Assembly (NCBI GenBank): GCA_964016885.1
Contig: OZ024742.1
Location: forward strand, 236,840,001-236,904,000
Source: Eledone cirrhosa
Lineage: Eukaryota
DNA: 64,000 nt
Reading direction: 5' to 3'
Shown: in pieces, positions 1 to 12,044 of the stretch
Layout: each line of letters opens with the position of its first letter
Position numbering within the stretch: the first letter of the stretch is position 1
The notes under the pieces: model-generated
Told to the model about the DNA's origin: nothing
The model's database searches: none
What the model saw: only the letters and a program-made list of their open reading frames with translations
Position numbers and translations under genes: made by a program

Positions 1-386
1 ACGCCGCTTTCCGCAGTCCCGGTTCCAGAGGTATGCCCTGCAATAGCTCCAGCTTCCGCAGTAGTGGCTCGAGAGTCAGTACGTACAGAAGGGAGGAGAG
101 AGGGCATCCCTGTCGAATGGATCGCGTAATATGGAACGGCTCCGAGAGGTAACCGTTCACCTTGACCCTTGAGCAGATGTTGCTGTTATGCATTGCAGCA
201 ATCCAGCCCCTGAACACGGGTCCGAAGCCTGCCGCCTCGAGCACCGCATCCAGGTAACGATGGTCAACCCTATCGAAAGCCTTAGACTGATCCAAGTTGA
301 TCAGGGCCCCACCGAATGTATCGCATGATGTATCGCATGAGGTGGAGGTTGTCGTGTATGGACCTGGTCGGGATCGCGCATGACTG
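1..386 (-). mobile_element. 5'-truncated Tx1-like LINE copy (RT region), running off the window start
   Basis: Colinear with about 2065-2466 of the full element but diverged. Homology stops at 386, directly at a (GATA)n tract. Confidence 0.9.
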
Positions 387-387
387 G

Positions 388-456
<69 letters not shown>
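388..456. repeat. (GATA)~17 microsatellite separating two head-to-tail LINE copies
   Basis: Read directly from the sequence. Confidence 0.98.
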
Positions 457-457
<1 letters not shown>

Positions 458-673
458 TATTTCTTTATTTACCATAAAGGCATAAAAAGAAGGGACAATA
501 CAAAGGGGGAGTTTACATACAATCGAGTAAAAAGGGTATAAAATGAAAATAATCGAAAACAACCTCAAAAGGGAGGGGACGTGATGGGGGTTGCACACAC
601 CCCCGAAAAAGTGTGCAATCCTTTGCCCGGGGAGCACATGGAGAAGGTGCTCCCCTCTCCTTCACTTCTTTAC

Positions 674-3600
674 CTACAGGATGGTATACAGAGAACGCCT
701 ATTTACACGAGCCATTCTCGCCACTATCACCCACCTTTCATAAAACTGGCTGTGGCCAAGCACCTCTCTCTGCATTCTTATCCTTCTTCCGAAGTGATAT
801 CGGAAGATGTAGACCAGACTATGGCCAGAGAGGAAGTTGCCTGACCTCAGACCTTTCAATCGTGTCCACCAAACAACCTCTTTCAACATGGCTATTACGC
901 ACAGAAAAACCGCCTTTGCTTCCTTTGTGAAGAGGGGAGGCGGTTTGATTGTCATCACGGACTCGGCGGTCAATTGAATCGGCGCCACCCGCGACAGCAG
1001 TCGTTCGGCGTAGCCCCACAGATCAGCCACACCCGGACATTGCACCAATGCGTGCGCAACGGTTTCTTCGTGACGCACGCATCTAGGGCAAATCTTTTTC
1101 GAGGGATCCCTGCCCGGGTGCCCGTGTCTGTAGAGCCTCTCTCGAACGGGTAGAGCCCCCCGGTAGCACTGCCAGGCTAGTGACTTCTGGAAGTTTTCCA
1201 TTGGTCCCGGGCCGAAAGTCCTACCGGACAGGCTGGCCAGTTCGTCCTCTTCCATGTCCAGCGACTCTCCAAGGGTGTCATCGCCCCTGCTAGCCACCAG
1301 CCCTCTATAGAATGATGAGGTGGATTCTCCACCGATGGCTTGGCCCGCTTGCCAGAGAGCCCTGAGCGCCTGAGCACACTCAGTGTGCCAGTCTCCCAGT
1401 TTTCCGGATCTTTGCTTGACCCAGGACTGCAGCTCGGTGAGCGAGACGAGTCTCGGAAAGGCTCGTTTCACGAACGGAGCCCACACCGGTTGACCAGTGA
1501 GGAATACCTGTAGGTGCCGTAGCCTTAATGCGTGCCTACGCATCATCAACCACGGCATCCCCAGCCCTCCTTTCGAAGGTTGTTGGCAGCAGATGGATCT
1601 TCTCACCATAGGAGGGCGCTTCTTCCAAAGAAATTGGAAGAGCATGCGTTCCATGGTGGTGAGTGTTTCCTTAGGGCAAGGCACGACAGTCAGGCGGTAG
1701 TAAGTGACGGACGCTATGTAAATGTTCGCCACCTGCGCCCGGCCTTTTAGGGACAGCTTACACTTGGCCCATTTCTGGGTTAGTGCAAAGACCTTGTTCG
1801 TAACCTCGTCCCAGTTCTTTTCCACCTGGAGGTCCGGTCCAAACCAGACCCCAAGCAACTTTACCGGGCCCTCCGTCCAGTGTCCGACGACACCGTCGGG
1901 AGGCATCGGTCTGCCTCTCCACGTTCCGAGTTGCAGCCCGATGGATTTTTCCCGGTTCAGTTTCGCTCCTGACAACCTTTCGTAATCCTCCAGTAAGGTA
2001 CCGATCGCCTCAATCTCCGAGTCGGTCGATACCATTACTGTTACGTCATCGGCGTAGGCCGACACCGCTTTTCTCAATCCTGGTTCCAGGGGGATACCCT
2101 GCAACAACTCTAACTTCCTCAGTAAAGGCTCGAGTGTCAATACGTACAGAAGGGAGGAGAGAAGGCACCCCTGTCGAATGGATCGTGTGATTTCGAACGG
2201 CTTCGAAAGGTAGCCGTTCACCTTGATCCTAGAACAGATGTGGTTGCTATGTAAGGCAGTGATCCAGCCTCTGAAAACAGGACCGAACCCAGCCGCCGCT
2301 AGCACCGCATCCAGGTAACCATGGTCGACCCTATCGAAGGCCTTAGACTGATCCAAGTTGATCAGGGCCCCACCGAAGCCGGGTTTGTTGCCAACCCTCT
2401 TTATGATGTATCGCATGAGGTGGAGGTTATCGTGAATGGACCTGGATGGGATAGCACATGTCTGCGCATCTCCCACCAGGCTACCCACGACAAGCGCCAA
2501 CCTCTTTGCTAACACCTTGGCCAAAATCTTTAACTCTGTGTTTAGCAGGGTTATGGGCCGAAAATGATTTATACTATCCCCCTTGTTCTCGTCCTTCCTC
2601 ACCAGCGAGACTACGCCCTTGGCTACAGAACAAGGAATTCTCCCGTTCTGCTGCCAATTGCAGTAGACCGCTTCGAGGAGTTCGGAGAAGAAGACCGGCA
2701 TTGCTAAATAAAGTTCGTAAGGTATACCATCGAGACCTGGAGATTTGCGTCTGCTGCATTGGCTCAGCGCATCCCCGATCTCATCAGCCGAGATTGGTCC
2801 CTCGCAGGACTATGCCTCTTCGCTCGAGATAAGCGGCAGGCCGTCGAGGTATGGACCGAAATCCACGTCCCCGCTCGGACCCTCGCCTCCCCCGAATAAT
2901 CGGGCAAAGTGCCTTTGAAAGGCCTCGCACATCTGCTTAGGCTCCCGGATCACCCGTCCATCCTCGTCTTGCAACGACCGGATGGTGGATCGATTTCCAC
3001 TCTTAGCTTCTGTCACGCGGGCTCAGCCAATGGCTTTGGCCCCCTCATTACCTAGAGCACGTATTTTACTTCGAATGACGCAGCCTTCGTGCTTTGCATC
3101 GAAAAACTGGTTCAAGGCCGTCCTCGATGCCAGCACTCTGGCCACATCTTCGCTCTTGATTTCCTCTTCTAATTTACCTGTTAATTCTTTCTCGTTTCTA
3201 TTCCTATCGTCAGCTAACATCTTGCTATAACTTATTGATTCTGTTCTAATCTCTCTTTTGAGAGATGCCCACCATCGGTTGTTGACGATTGCACCCGTCA
3301 ACCTCTCCTTAACTAATCTGCTAATCCGGTTTCTGTAAGTCTCTTTTGCCGGTAAAGACAAATTAAGTTTCCAGTAACCGGGACCCTGTTTATGTGTTTT
3401 CTCGAGATTGACTACGCAGGTCACTAATTTGTGATCCGTATAGCCAACCGTGCGCATTTCTGGACAGCTTAATATGTCCCTATCCTTACTTCTAACTAAG
3501 AATCTATCTAAGTACGATCTAGATTGACCACTGTGATTTCTCCACGTCCAGGTAGGCACAGATATCTAGTCGATATCTATCGACCAAGTTAAAACGGTCG

Positions 3601-4105
3601 AGTAACCCCTTGAGGCTGTTACACCCCCTCTATTAGGACATGCTCCTGCATAGTCCCAACGTGCATCTAGGATGTCATTCCAATCCCCCGCTAGAAGCAG
3701 GGAACGCGACGTTCCCAGAAAAGTCTCCAAACGCTGGAAGAAGTCGGGCCGTTCAGCTCCGAAAGGGGAGTAGACGGCGACCAGTCTCAAGGCCGCACCT
3801 TCACTACTGCCAACGTCTAGCACCAACAAACGACCCTCCGGGTCCGAGTGAACAACCTGTACGGCAAGACCCAGGTGTTTTTGCAGCAGTACGACAACCC
3901 CACCCCCACCTCCAGGTTGACAGAGAGATGCATGCACCTCAAAGTCATCGAAGGTAGGGGCCAGCTGCCGCACGACGCTGATCCGAGTCTCACAGATAAC
4001 CATTACATTTATACCACATGACCTGAGGTCCTTTAGAACCTTTGCTTGCTTCCAAGTTGAGCCCAGGCCACGTGCATTCAAACATCCTACTCTTAACACA
4101 TCCAT
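674..4105 (-). pseudogene. ORF2: apurinic-type endonuclease, reverse transcriptase and C-terminal CCHC; disrupted
   Basis: APE motifs LNARGL, ETR, AGDWN, YLDRFLV and TDHKLV. RT motifs FRPITLLN, DQSKAFDRVDH, RQG and YADD. Tail motif CPRC..ETVAHALVQC. In-frame stops at 3023-3025 and 2810-2812, plus compensating frameshifts near 3625 and 3560. Confidence 0.93.
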
Positions 4106-5880
4106 GTGGGCGGCAGAGCCAAAGGAGAGTGTAGAGACCTACCTTTCTGCTTTCCGGGGTTCGGGTCGCACGACTTCCATGGGGTCGGGGGTGTTGGGTG
4201 AAGGGGTGTCTTGTGGTGGTGTGGGGTCGTCAGTGTGTGGTGGGGTTGGGGTGTTTGGAGTTGTGTTGGGAGGGGAAGGGGAGGGGGAAAGCTTTTTAGT
4301 AGGACGCGGTTTATGGGTTTGACAGAGGGTGGTCCTACGTCCTCCTTAAAATCCTTTTTTAGTTTTTGGTAGAGGTTCATTGGGATCTTTATTAATTTTA
4401 AATGTGGGTAGTTTTCTGAAGAAACAAAGTTTACACCTTTGGTTTGTACCGAAGGATTATTGTTTATGAGTTCATTTAATTTATTATTGTTTCTGTTGAT
4501 GTAAGTATAGTGTAATGTTTTTTTTTCGGATGGTGTGAGTGTTTCGAAGAGGGGAGGGACAGGTTTGGTTTTGTTTGTTGCTGGAGGGGTGTTTTGTGTT
4601 TTGTTGGATTGTGTTGACATTTGGGTGGGGGTTGTTTGGCCTTGTGTGTTTTGCACATGTTTTCTTTTTTTCCTTTTAATCTGTCTGAAGGACTCCGTTT
4701 CTTCCTCCGAATTCGTTCGGTTCTCTTCAGTGTTGGAGGGAAGAGGTATGTTTGCTGGTAATGTTTCCGTGTTGGTTTTCTTTGTGGGGGAGATGGATGT
4801 CACTATGTTAGACTGTGTTGTGTGTTGTGGCTGCGGTGGTTGTGTTGTTTTATTGAGTGAGGGGTTGGGTGGGCCTGTATTTTGTTTTGGGGTAATGTGT
4901 TGTGACTGTTTGTGTTGTGGTGGTGGTGTAGTTTTACTGAGGGACGGGTTGGGTGGGACTGAGTTTTGTTGTTTCTTTATCTGTTGTGGTGGTGGTGGTG
5001 GAGCTGGTATTGGTAGCAGGGTTTTCTTTTTGTTGAGTTGGGGACAAGCGGCCTTCAGGTGCCCTCTGCCTGCACAGATATGACAGGACGGCCTTCTCCC
5101 CTCCACGCTAATGTTTATATACCCGTGGCCCTCTGATAGGATTCTGTCGGGTATTTGGGCGATGCGTTCAGGCTTCATTTGCACTACAAGCTCTATACCT
5201 GTTCCACTGAACGCATTGCCTGTGGTTTTCCCAATGGAAATCACGTTGTCATTCACTGGATCGATGAAGCCAGCTATGAGCCAGCAGTAGTCCACATCTG
5301 GCATCATTACATCCAGCCATATGCGTTGAGTTCTTTTACCCATATAAGATGGATAAAAGGTAAAATTTTTCGAACGAATCGGTGACAAAGCACATTTTTT
5401 TTGCCGCCGATTCGTTCTTCATAATAATCGCTAGGCTTCCATACAGTCTGTCTTTTCTTATGAAAGTGGTTTCATTAAGTACTTCTGTAAGTACTGTTTT
5501 GATTTCTGTTTGAGTTGGCTGTTCAGGTTTTTTTGAAGTGTTGTTGATGGTGCGAAACACGACCGTTCGACTTTCAATGTCTTTGGTGAGTTCTTGAAGC
5601 ATTTTACCGATAAAATACCATTCTCTCCTTCACTTATGTATTGTTTGGCGTCTGTGATTCTTTGTGCCACATCTGAAATATTTTCAGGTATATATGTCAA
5701 AGATTTCTTTGTTGTTTGTGCTAAGAAATCTTGTTGGTGTTGACTTTGTCGTCTGCTTTGCTTTCTGTTATGATGTTGTTTTCAAATGTTATTTTTGTGT
5801 TTGTTGTGTCTTTGTTTGTGGTATTAATATTGTCATGTAATTTAAAAAATTTTTTTTTTTCGTTGTTGGAATCCATGTCC
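4093..5880 (-). pseudogene. ORF1 (gag-like, CX2CX4HX4C knuckle, P/T/Q-rich C-terminus); frameshifted
   Basis: CHICAGRGHLKAAC lies in ORF 4093-5388. Upstream pieces 5336-5602 and 5458-5700 continue in other frames. The stop overlaps the ORF2 start by 13 nt. The true start is uncertain. Confidence 0.8.
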
Positions 5881-6330
5881 AGATTTGTGTTTTCGTCATT
5901 TTTCTCCGCAGATTCGTCTGTTTTTATTTAATTTTTTCCTTCCTTCTCTATGACGTTAGTTGGGAAGGAAGGGGGGGGGGGACTAAAGCGTGCGAGCTTA
6001 CAACTCTTACCGCTGTCCCCCCACCACTATTTTCGTTAGCTTCGTTTAACATTTCTGTCAGACGATTGAAATTTTTTTTTTTTTGCCACAAAATTTTTAA
6101 AAACAGGTTTTTCACCCCTAGGAGGGGTAAAGATGAGCTGACCCACCGCCTGACAGTTCAGACGGGGGGTCAAGCTACACAATAGTATCAAAATTAAAAT
6201 TGAACTTACAAAATTTCCGCAATAAATTTGAACAAAACTTCTGCGCGAAGTGAATTACATCTACGCTATAGAACAGACGACAGCTAGATTACAATATAGA
6301 TAGATAGATAGATAGATACATATATGTATG

Positions 6331-6426
<96 letters not shown>

Positions 6427-6445
6427 TATATATATATATTTATAA

Positions 6446-6538
<93 letters not shown>

Positions 6539-6880
6539 TATACTATATATACATATGTATGTATATATATATATATATGTGTGTGCGCGCTTGCACGTGT
6601 GTGAGTGTAAAACTTGAGCACCACAATTATTTTATCTAATTGTAATTAACTCCTTAAATGATTACTGTAAATATTATTGCCATGATATCAATGATTAATA
6701 GAAGATTATCCCCCTTTATATTAACTGAATTAACGCCAAACGGGGTTAAATGACAAATCTATGGAGTATTAATGGGAATTAATTAGCATGTTACGTTAAA
6801 GATTGCTATCTTATTATTATCATTTTTATCAAAATTATTAGATTAGTTCCAGGAATGGGCTTCGTGAATGAATGATTAGT

Positions 6881-6914
<34 letters not shown>

Positions 6915-6984
6915 TATGATGATGTTGGTAACTACAACAGCAGAAGCAACAACAACAATAACAAAAACAACAACACCAAAAACA

Positions 6985-7246
6985 ACAACAACAACAATAA
7001 TAATTATAATAATAATTGTTTCTACTTTTTGGCACAAGGCCAGCAAATTAACCAGTGCATTACTGGTACTTTATTTTATCGACCCCGTAAGGATGAAAGG
7101 CAAAGTTAACCTCGGCGGGATTAACTTTGCCTTTCATCCTTACGGGGTCGATAAAATAAAGTACCAGTAATGCACTGGTTAATTGCTGGCCTTGTGCCAA
7201 AAAGTAGAAACAATTATTATTATAATTATTATTGTTGTTGTTGTTG
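6985..7246. repeat. Inverted duplication of a SINE 3' half, including its (TAA)/(CAA) flank
   Basis: 7015-7109 is the near-perfect reverse complement of 7121-7215, and the symmetry extends into the flanks. Confidence 0.9.
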
Positions 7247-7249
7247 TAA

Positions 7250-7473
7250 TAATAATAATGGTTTCTTATATAGGCGCAAGGCCAGCAATTTTGGGAGCGA
7301 GGAAAGTCGATTAAATCGACCCCAGTGCGTGACTGGTACTTTATTTTATCGACCCCGTAAAGATGAAAGGCAAAGTTAATCTCGGCGAGATTTGAACTCA
7401 GATCATAAAGGGCCGTAACTCTATGCTGCAAAGCATTGCGTCCGACCTTCTACCGATACTGCCAATCCACCGC
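7250..7473 (-). mobile_element. SINE family 1, full length (tRNA-like head, Meta-domain-like core, (TTA)n tail)
   Basis: Minus strand shows A box TGGCAGTATCGG, B box GAGTTCAAATC and core CTTTGCCTTTCATC..CGGGGTCGATAAAATAAAGTACCAG. The Meta-domain match is from memory. Confidence 0.85.
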
Positions 7474-7480
7474 ACTATAA

Positions 7481-7710
7481 TGGTTTCTTTATTGGCCACA
7501 AGGTCTAACACAAAAATAAACATTACAGGCGGCACAGAACGGTTCAACGCGATACAAAGTGGGTTTTGACCGTGTAAAAAAGGTCATAACAAAAAAAAAC
7601 AAACAAAAAAAACATAGAAACGTGCAAAAACAAATTAAAAATTCTAACAACAAAATAGGAGGAAACCTCAGAGCTGGCCTGTTCACACGGGCCATTCTTG
7701 CCACATTCAT
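7481..7710 (-). mobile_element. Short 3' end of a sister Tx1-like LINE
   Basis: Encodes NVARMARVNR (compare ORF2 end VARMARVNR). Terminus is CCTTGTGGCCAATAAAGAAACCATTA. Confidence 0.75.
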
Positions 7711-7724
7711 TATCATATTCACTA

Positions 7725-8560
7725 TCATCGCAGTGGACTATTGTATGCGCCTTGAACTAGAGAAACACCAGGATTCAGGCTTCACTGTAACACCGGCTCA
7801 GAGCAGGAGAGTTAAGGCTAAACAGATATCAGATACTGGGTTTGCTGACATAGTTCTAGTGACAAACTCAGTGAAGGAGGCAGAGGAATTTATGTGAGAG
7901 GTGGAGACTGTGTCGATGAATGTGGGGTTGGGAATGAGTGGGTGGGAGTTAGACGAAGTATCTTGTAGAGAATATCAAGGAGCGAGAAAAGATTATGAAT
8001 GTGGGCGTGGAGCCGCTAGAGCAGCTTGAGGACTTCCTGCATCTGGGAGCAAAGATTGGGAACATAGAGGATAATGTGGTGGAGAGGAAGAGGAAAGCTT
8101 GGACGGCGTGTCACAGTTTGAAGTCAGTGTAGAAGTCGGACCTTCGTAAAGACCTGAAGATCCGTTTCTTTGTCGCTGCTGTGGAGTCTGAGACTTGGAC
8201 ACTGACCAAGAGACTCATTCAGATGGTGATACTGATGATGGCTCTGAACATTTATCACTATGCACTGAGGATGAAGAACGCAGAGCTGTACGGGACCCTC
8301 CCAAAAGTCAGCTCAAATGTGACACAGGGGAGACTGTGGTTAGCTGGACATGTTCACCGACTTTCAGAGTTGACAATGCACTCAGTGGACCTGTGAAAGC
8401 CCCTTCACGGACACACTGGAAGAGGGAGACCGAGGGTAATATATATTGATGCCCTAAAGAAAGACACTAGTCTTTGGGAGACGCGGGATATGGCAGTGAT
8501 GATGAAGGACAGAGACTGGTGGAGAGAACTCGTCCATGGATCTCAGAAATTTTACCTGCC
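7725..8560 (+). mobile_element. Decayed RTE-type LINE 3' fragment
   Basis: Peptides AVDYCMR..SRRVKAKQISDTGFAD, ESETWTLTK and RLWLAGHVHR. Confidence 0.7.
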
Positions 8561-8563
8561 ATA

Positions 8564-8659
<96 letters not shown>

Positions 8660-9338
8660 TGCCTCTGCGTGTGTAAGTCCATTGCTCTTATGTATTCTGT
8701 ACCGAGTTACATACAATACTACCATCTCTCTCCTTCTCCCTGTCCGTTTGAGACATGTCATCAGAAATAAAATGAAACAGCAGTGATTGGTCCGTTGTTA
8801 GAAAACTTCTATAACCAACAACAAGCTAACAACGACCAGCCACACTATAGCTGAACAATCCCGACACGAAAACAAACAAAATAAAAAGGAATAGATAAAT
8901 AAACAAAATAGCGCACATGTCAGACTGAGACAAATAAATGATGGAGCAGCTTTGACAGAGATTAGAAATACATTTCACTGGAGACGCTATATAGAAGGTA
9001 ACAGTTAAACTGAAAGTGAAAGTGAAAAAATGTAAAATTTCCGATTCGGATTGTGGTTGAATAGAAATCAATGTTCCATTGAATAATTTAAAAATAGAAC
9101 CTGTTTGAGTTGTGGAGAATTTGGAAGCACTGGAATTGAAGTACTAAGTTACATAACTGAGTTATACATATATACGTGACTATAAAAACACATATTTATG
9201 AACGCACATACATAATACATAACGCACATACATAATACATAAATACATACAAATATACATACACATACAAATACATACATATACATGTACGGAGGTACTT
9301 TCATATCTATCTATCTATCTATCCATCAATCCATAAAT

Positions 9339-9471
<133 letters not shown>

Positions 9472-9479
9472 TATATATA

Positions 9480-10037
<558 letters not shown>

Positions 10038-10040
<3 letters not shown>

Positions 10041-10362
10041 CAGAAATATCCACGGTTAGTTGTGGGATCTAGTCTGCATGAAGAACTCAATGTAATCCAT
10101 ATGTTGAAAATGTTGTAGGTTAAAATAAATCCCGGAAAACAATAAAACATCAAAAGGCAAACAGAGTCATGATATAAGTTAAAACAATGAAATAAAAATG
10201 CAAATCATTAGAAATATACTTCACTGCTTTACGATCGTTTCTAGGTGATAATAATACATCGTACACATATTTCGTTATCGATCTATGTAGGGTTAGTTAC
10301 AAAATATAAAATAAGGAATATATTTACCTACGTGTATATCATCAGCCGTTGTCAAAAGCAAA
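10038..10362 (-). mobile_element. Hammerhead-containing mini-element between two (TA)n tracts
   Basis: Ribozyme at the 5' end, followed by a ~190-nt tail with TTGAGTTC about 45 nt before (TA)n. Confidence 0.75.
10225..10360 (-). ncRNA. Type I hammerhead, U3-A8 variant core (UUGACAA), with a ~107-nt stem II
   Basis: TGCTT-TTGACAA-[gg.tgatgat.atac..cgta / tacg..gtat.attatca.cc]-GAAA-C-GATC-G-TA-AAGCA. Stem I is a perfect 5 bp. Confidence 0.8.
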
Positions 10363-10404
10363 TATATATATATATATAATATATATATATACATACATAC
10401 ATAC

Positions 10405-10456
<52 letters not shown>

Positions 10457-10458
<2 letters not shown>

Positions 10459-10644
10459 CGAACGAGGTGTGGTAAGGAACCAGATGGACCATAACGCACC
10501 AGAGTACTCAACACTTAGGGTAGTAGAGTGGGTAATAGGAGAATGTTTAACCTCGACGGCAGAACTCAAGCCGTTTCGACGGCTATTTCTGGATCCAGAA
10601 ATAGCCGTCGAAACGGCTTGAGCTCTGCCGTCGGGGTTAAACAT

Positions 10645-10649
<5 letters not shown>
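10457..10649 (-). mobile_element. Family-A palindromic half-hammerhead element
   Basis: Palindrome centred on ggatcc (10591-10596) with an ~85-nt tail. (TA)n on both sides. Confidence 0.85.
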
Positions 10650-10707
<58 letters not shown>

Positions 10708-10710
<3 letters not shown>

Positions 10711-11325
10711 ATGTATGCATAATATATTTGGCAATATACCGTATGTTTAATTAAAAATATTTTGAAGACCTTACGCTATCATTTTAAAGTAGTGACTCTG
10801 TCACTTACTTCTTTTCGGCGAAAGAAGGCATAGAAGCTAACAGTCTGTTTCATGCTGTTTGGCAATGCCCTCTTCTGCCGAAAATTATAGAAGCTGGATT
10901 CTTATAGAATTCCAGTAATAATCAGGAGCTGATTATACAGAGGTGTATTGCCAAATATATTATGCATACATTCATGTATACATCGCTATTTCAGAGCACC
11001 AATCCAAATACTTAATTTTTGCTGGACCGGCAATCGCTCTGTATAATCAACTCCTGATTATTACTGGGATTATATAAGAATCCAGCTTCTATAATGTTCG
11101 GCGAAAGCAGGGAGTGCATTGCTCTGATGATCGCCAACAGCGTGAAACAGATTGTTAGTTTCTTTGCCTTCTTTCGTCGAAAAGAAGTAAGTGACATAGT
11201 CACTACTTTAAAATGATAGCGTAAGGTCTTCAAAATGTTTTAAATTAAACATACGGTATCTTGCCAAATATATTATGCATACATACATGTATACATCGTT
11301 ATTTCAGACCACCAATCCTAATACA
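10708..11325 (+). mobile_element. Penelope-like / retrozyme-like unit: inverted arm plus a 313-nt partial tandem
   Basis: 10708-10942 is inverted with respect to 11027-11290. 10948-11011 is directly repeated at 11261-11324. Confidence 0.8.
11121..11159 (+). ncRNA. Minimal type I hammerhead ribozyme
   Basis: gct-CTGATGA(11124-11130)-t.cgc.caaca.gcg.t-GAAA-CA.GAT.TG-TT-agt. Confidence 0.75.
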
Positions 11326-11457
11326 TACATATATATATATATTCGGTACGCCCGGCCGACTAACTCACTCAATATGCAAATTAGGCTGCTCAGCCGTTAA
11401 TATGCATAAGGAAAGTATATACTTTCAAACGTTCAATCGACTGACAGGAAGGTATAC

Positions 11458-11495
11458 TGTGCTGATGACAGCTAATAAGCTAGAAACTAGTTCAT
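11458..11495 (+). ncRNA. Minimal hammerhead-like motif (dimer type)
   Basis: gtg-CTGATGA-c.agct.aata.agct.a-GAAA-CTAG-TT-cat. Palindromic AACTAGTT, weak stem I. Confidence 0.55.
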
Positions 11496-11754
11496 CGTTC
11501 CTTTGTCAGTGTTGAACAAAAGGGCAACGATGGTTGCCGAACACTCTACGGCTTAATTCGGGCTGTTTGTTTACAAACAAACCGAACATTATAATAAATG
11601 TTCGGTAAACCCATAAGTACATATATATATATGTGTGCATGTATGTATGTATATACATACTACTGTACGTCTGTATACATATATGTATGTATGTATACAT
11701 ACTTATATTTAAGTACCAGCCGTACTAAGAGTGAGAAATGAAATTTCATTTTTT

Positions 11755-11819
<65 letters not shown>

Positions 11820-11954
11820 GTATAATAGGTGTTGGATGCTTAAAGCGTCCGTATGCTGTAGACCGTTTGAGCACTCGATGCTCTCAAAGAGCAGAGTATG
11901 ATATCACAGAAAGAAAAAAGAGAATAAGTGTTGCGACGAATGGAATTTATTGGA

Positions 11955-12044
11955 ATATTACAATCGTTTCTCTGGCGACCAGCTAGATGCACGATCGATG
12001 TGATGATCAAACCTGACTCTGTAAATCGCAAGGTCCTCAGATAC
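11955..12044 (-). ncRNA. Type I hammerhead (CUGAGGA core) within an element spanning ~11820-12060
   Basis: gtat-CTGAGGA-[ct.gcgatt / ggtcgc.ag]-GAAA-C-GATT-G-TA-atat. TCGAGTGC lies ~50 nt before (TA)n. Confidence 0.7.

Larger units (their letters stand above)
457..6296 (-). mobile_element. Near full-length Tx1/L1-clade non-LTR retrotransposon, flanked by (TATC)n at both ends
   Basis: Contains a 5'UTR, ORF1 with a zinc knuckle, and ORF2 with APE, RT and CCHC. The 3' end reads AATAAAGAAATA(TATC)n, and (GATA)5 lies at 6297-6318. Confidence 0.92.

Noticed and set aside
3023-3025. In-frame TGA in ORF2 as programmed readthrough or selenocysteine
   Set aside because: The same copy has a TAG and frameshifts, so ordinary decay (likely TGG>TGA) is sufficient.
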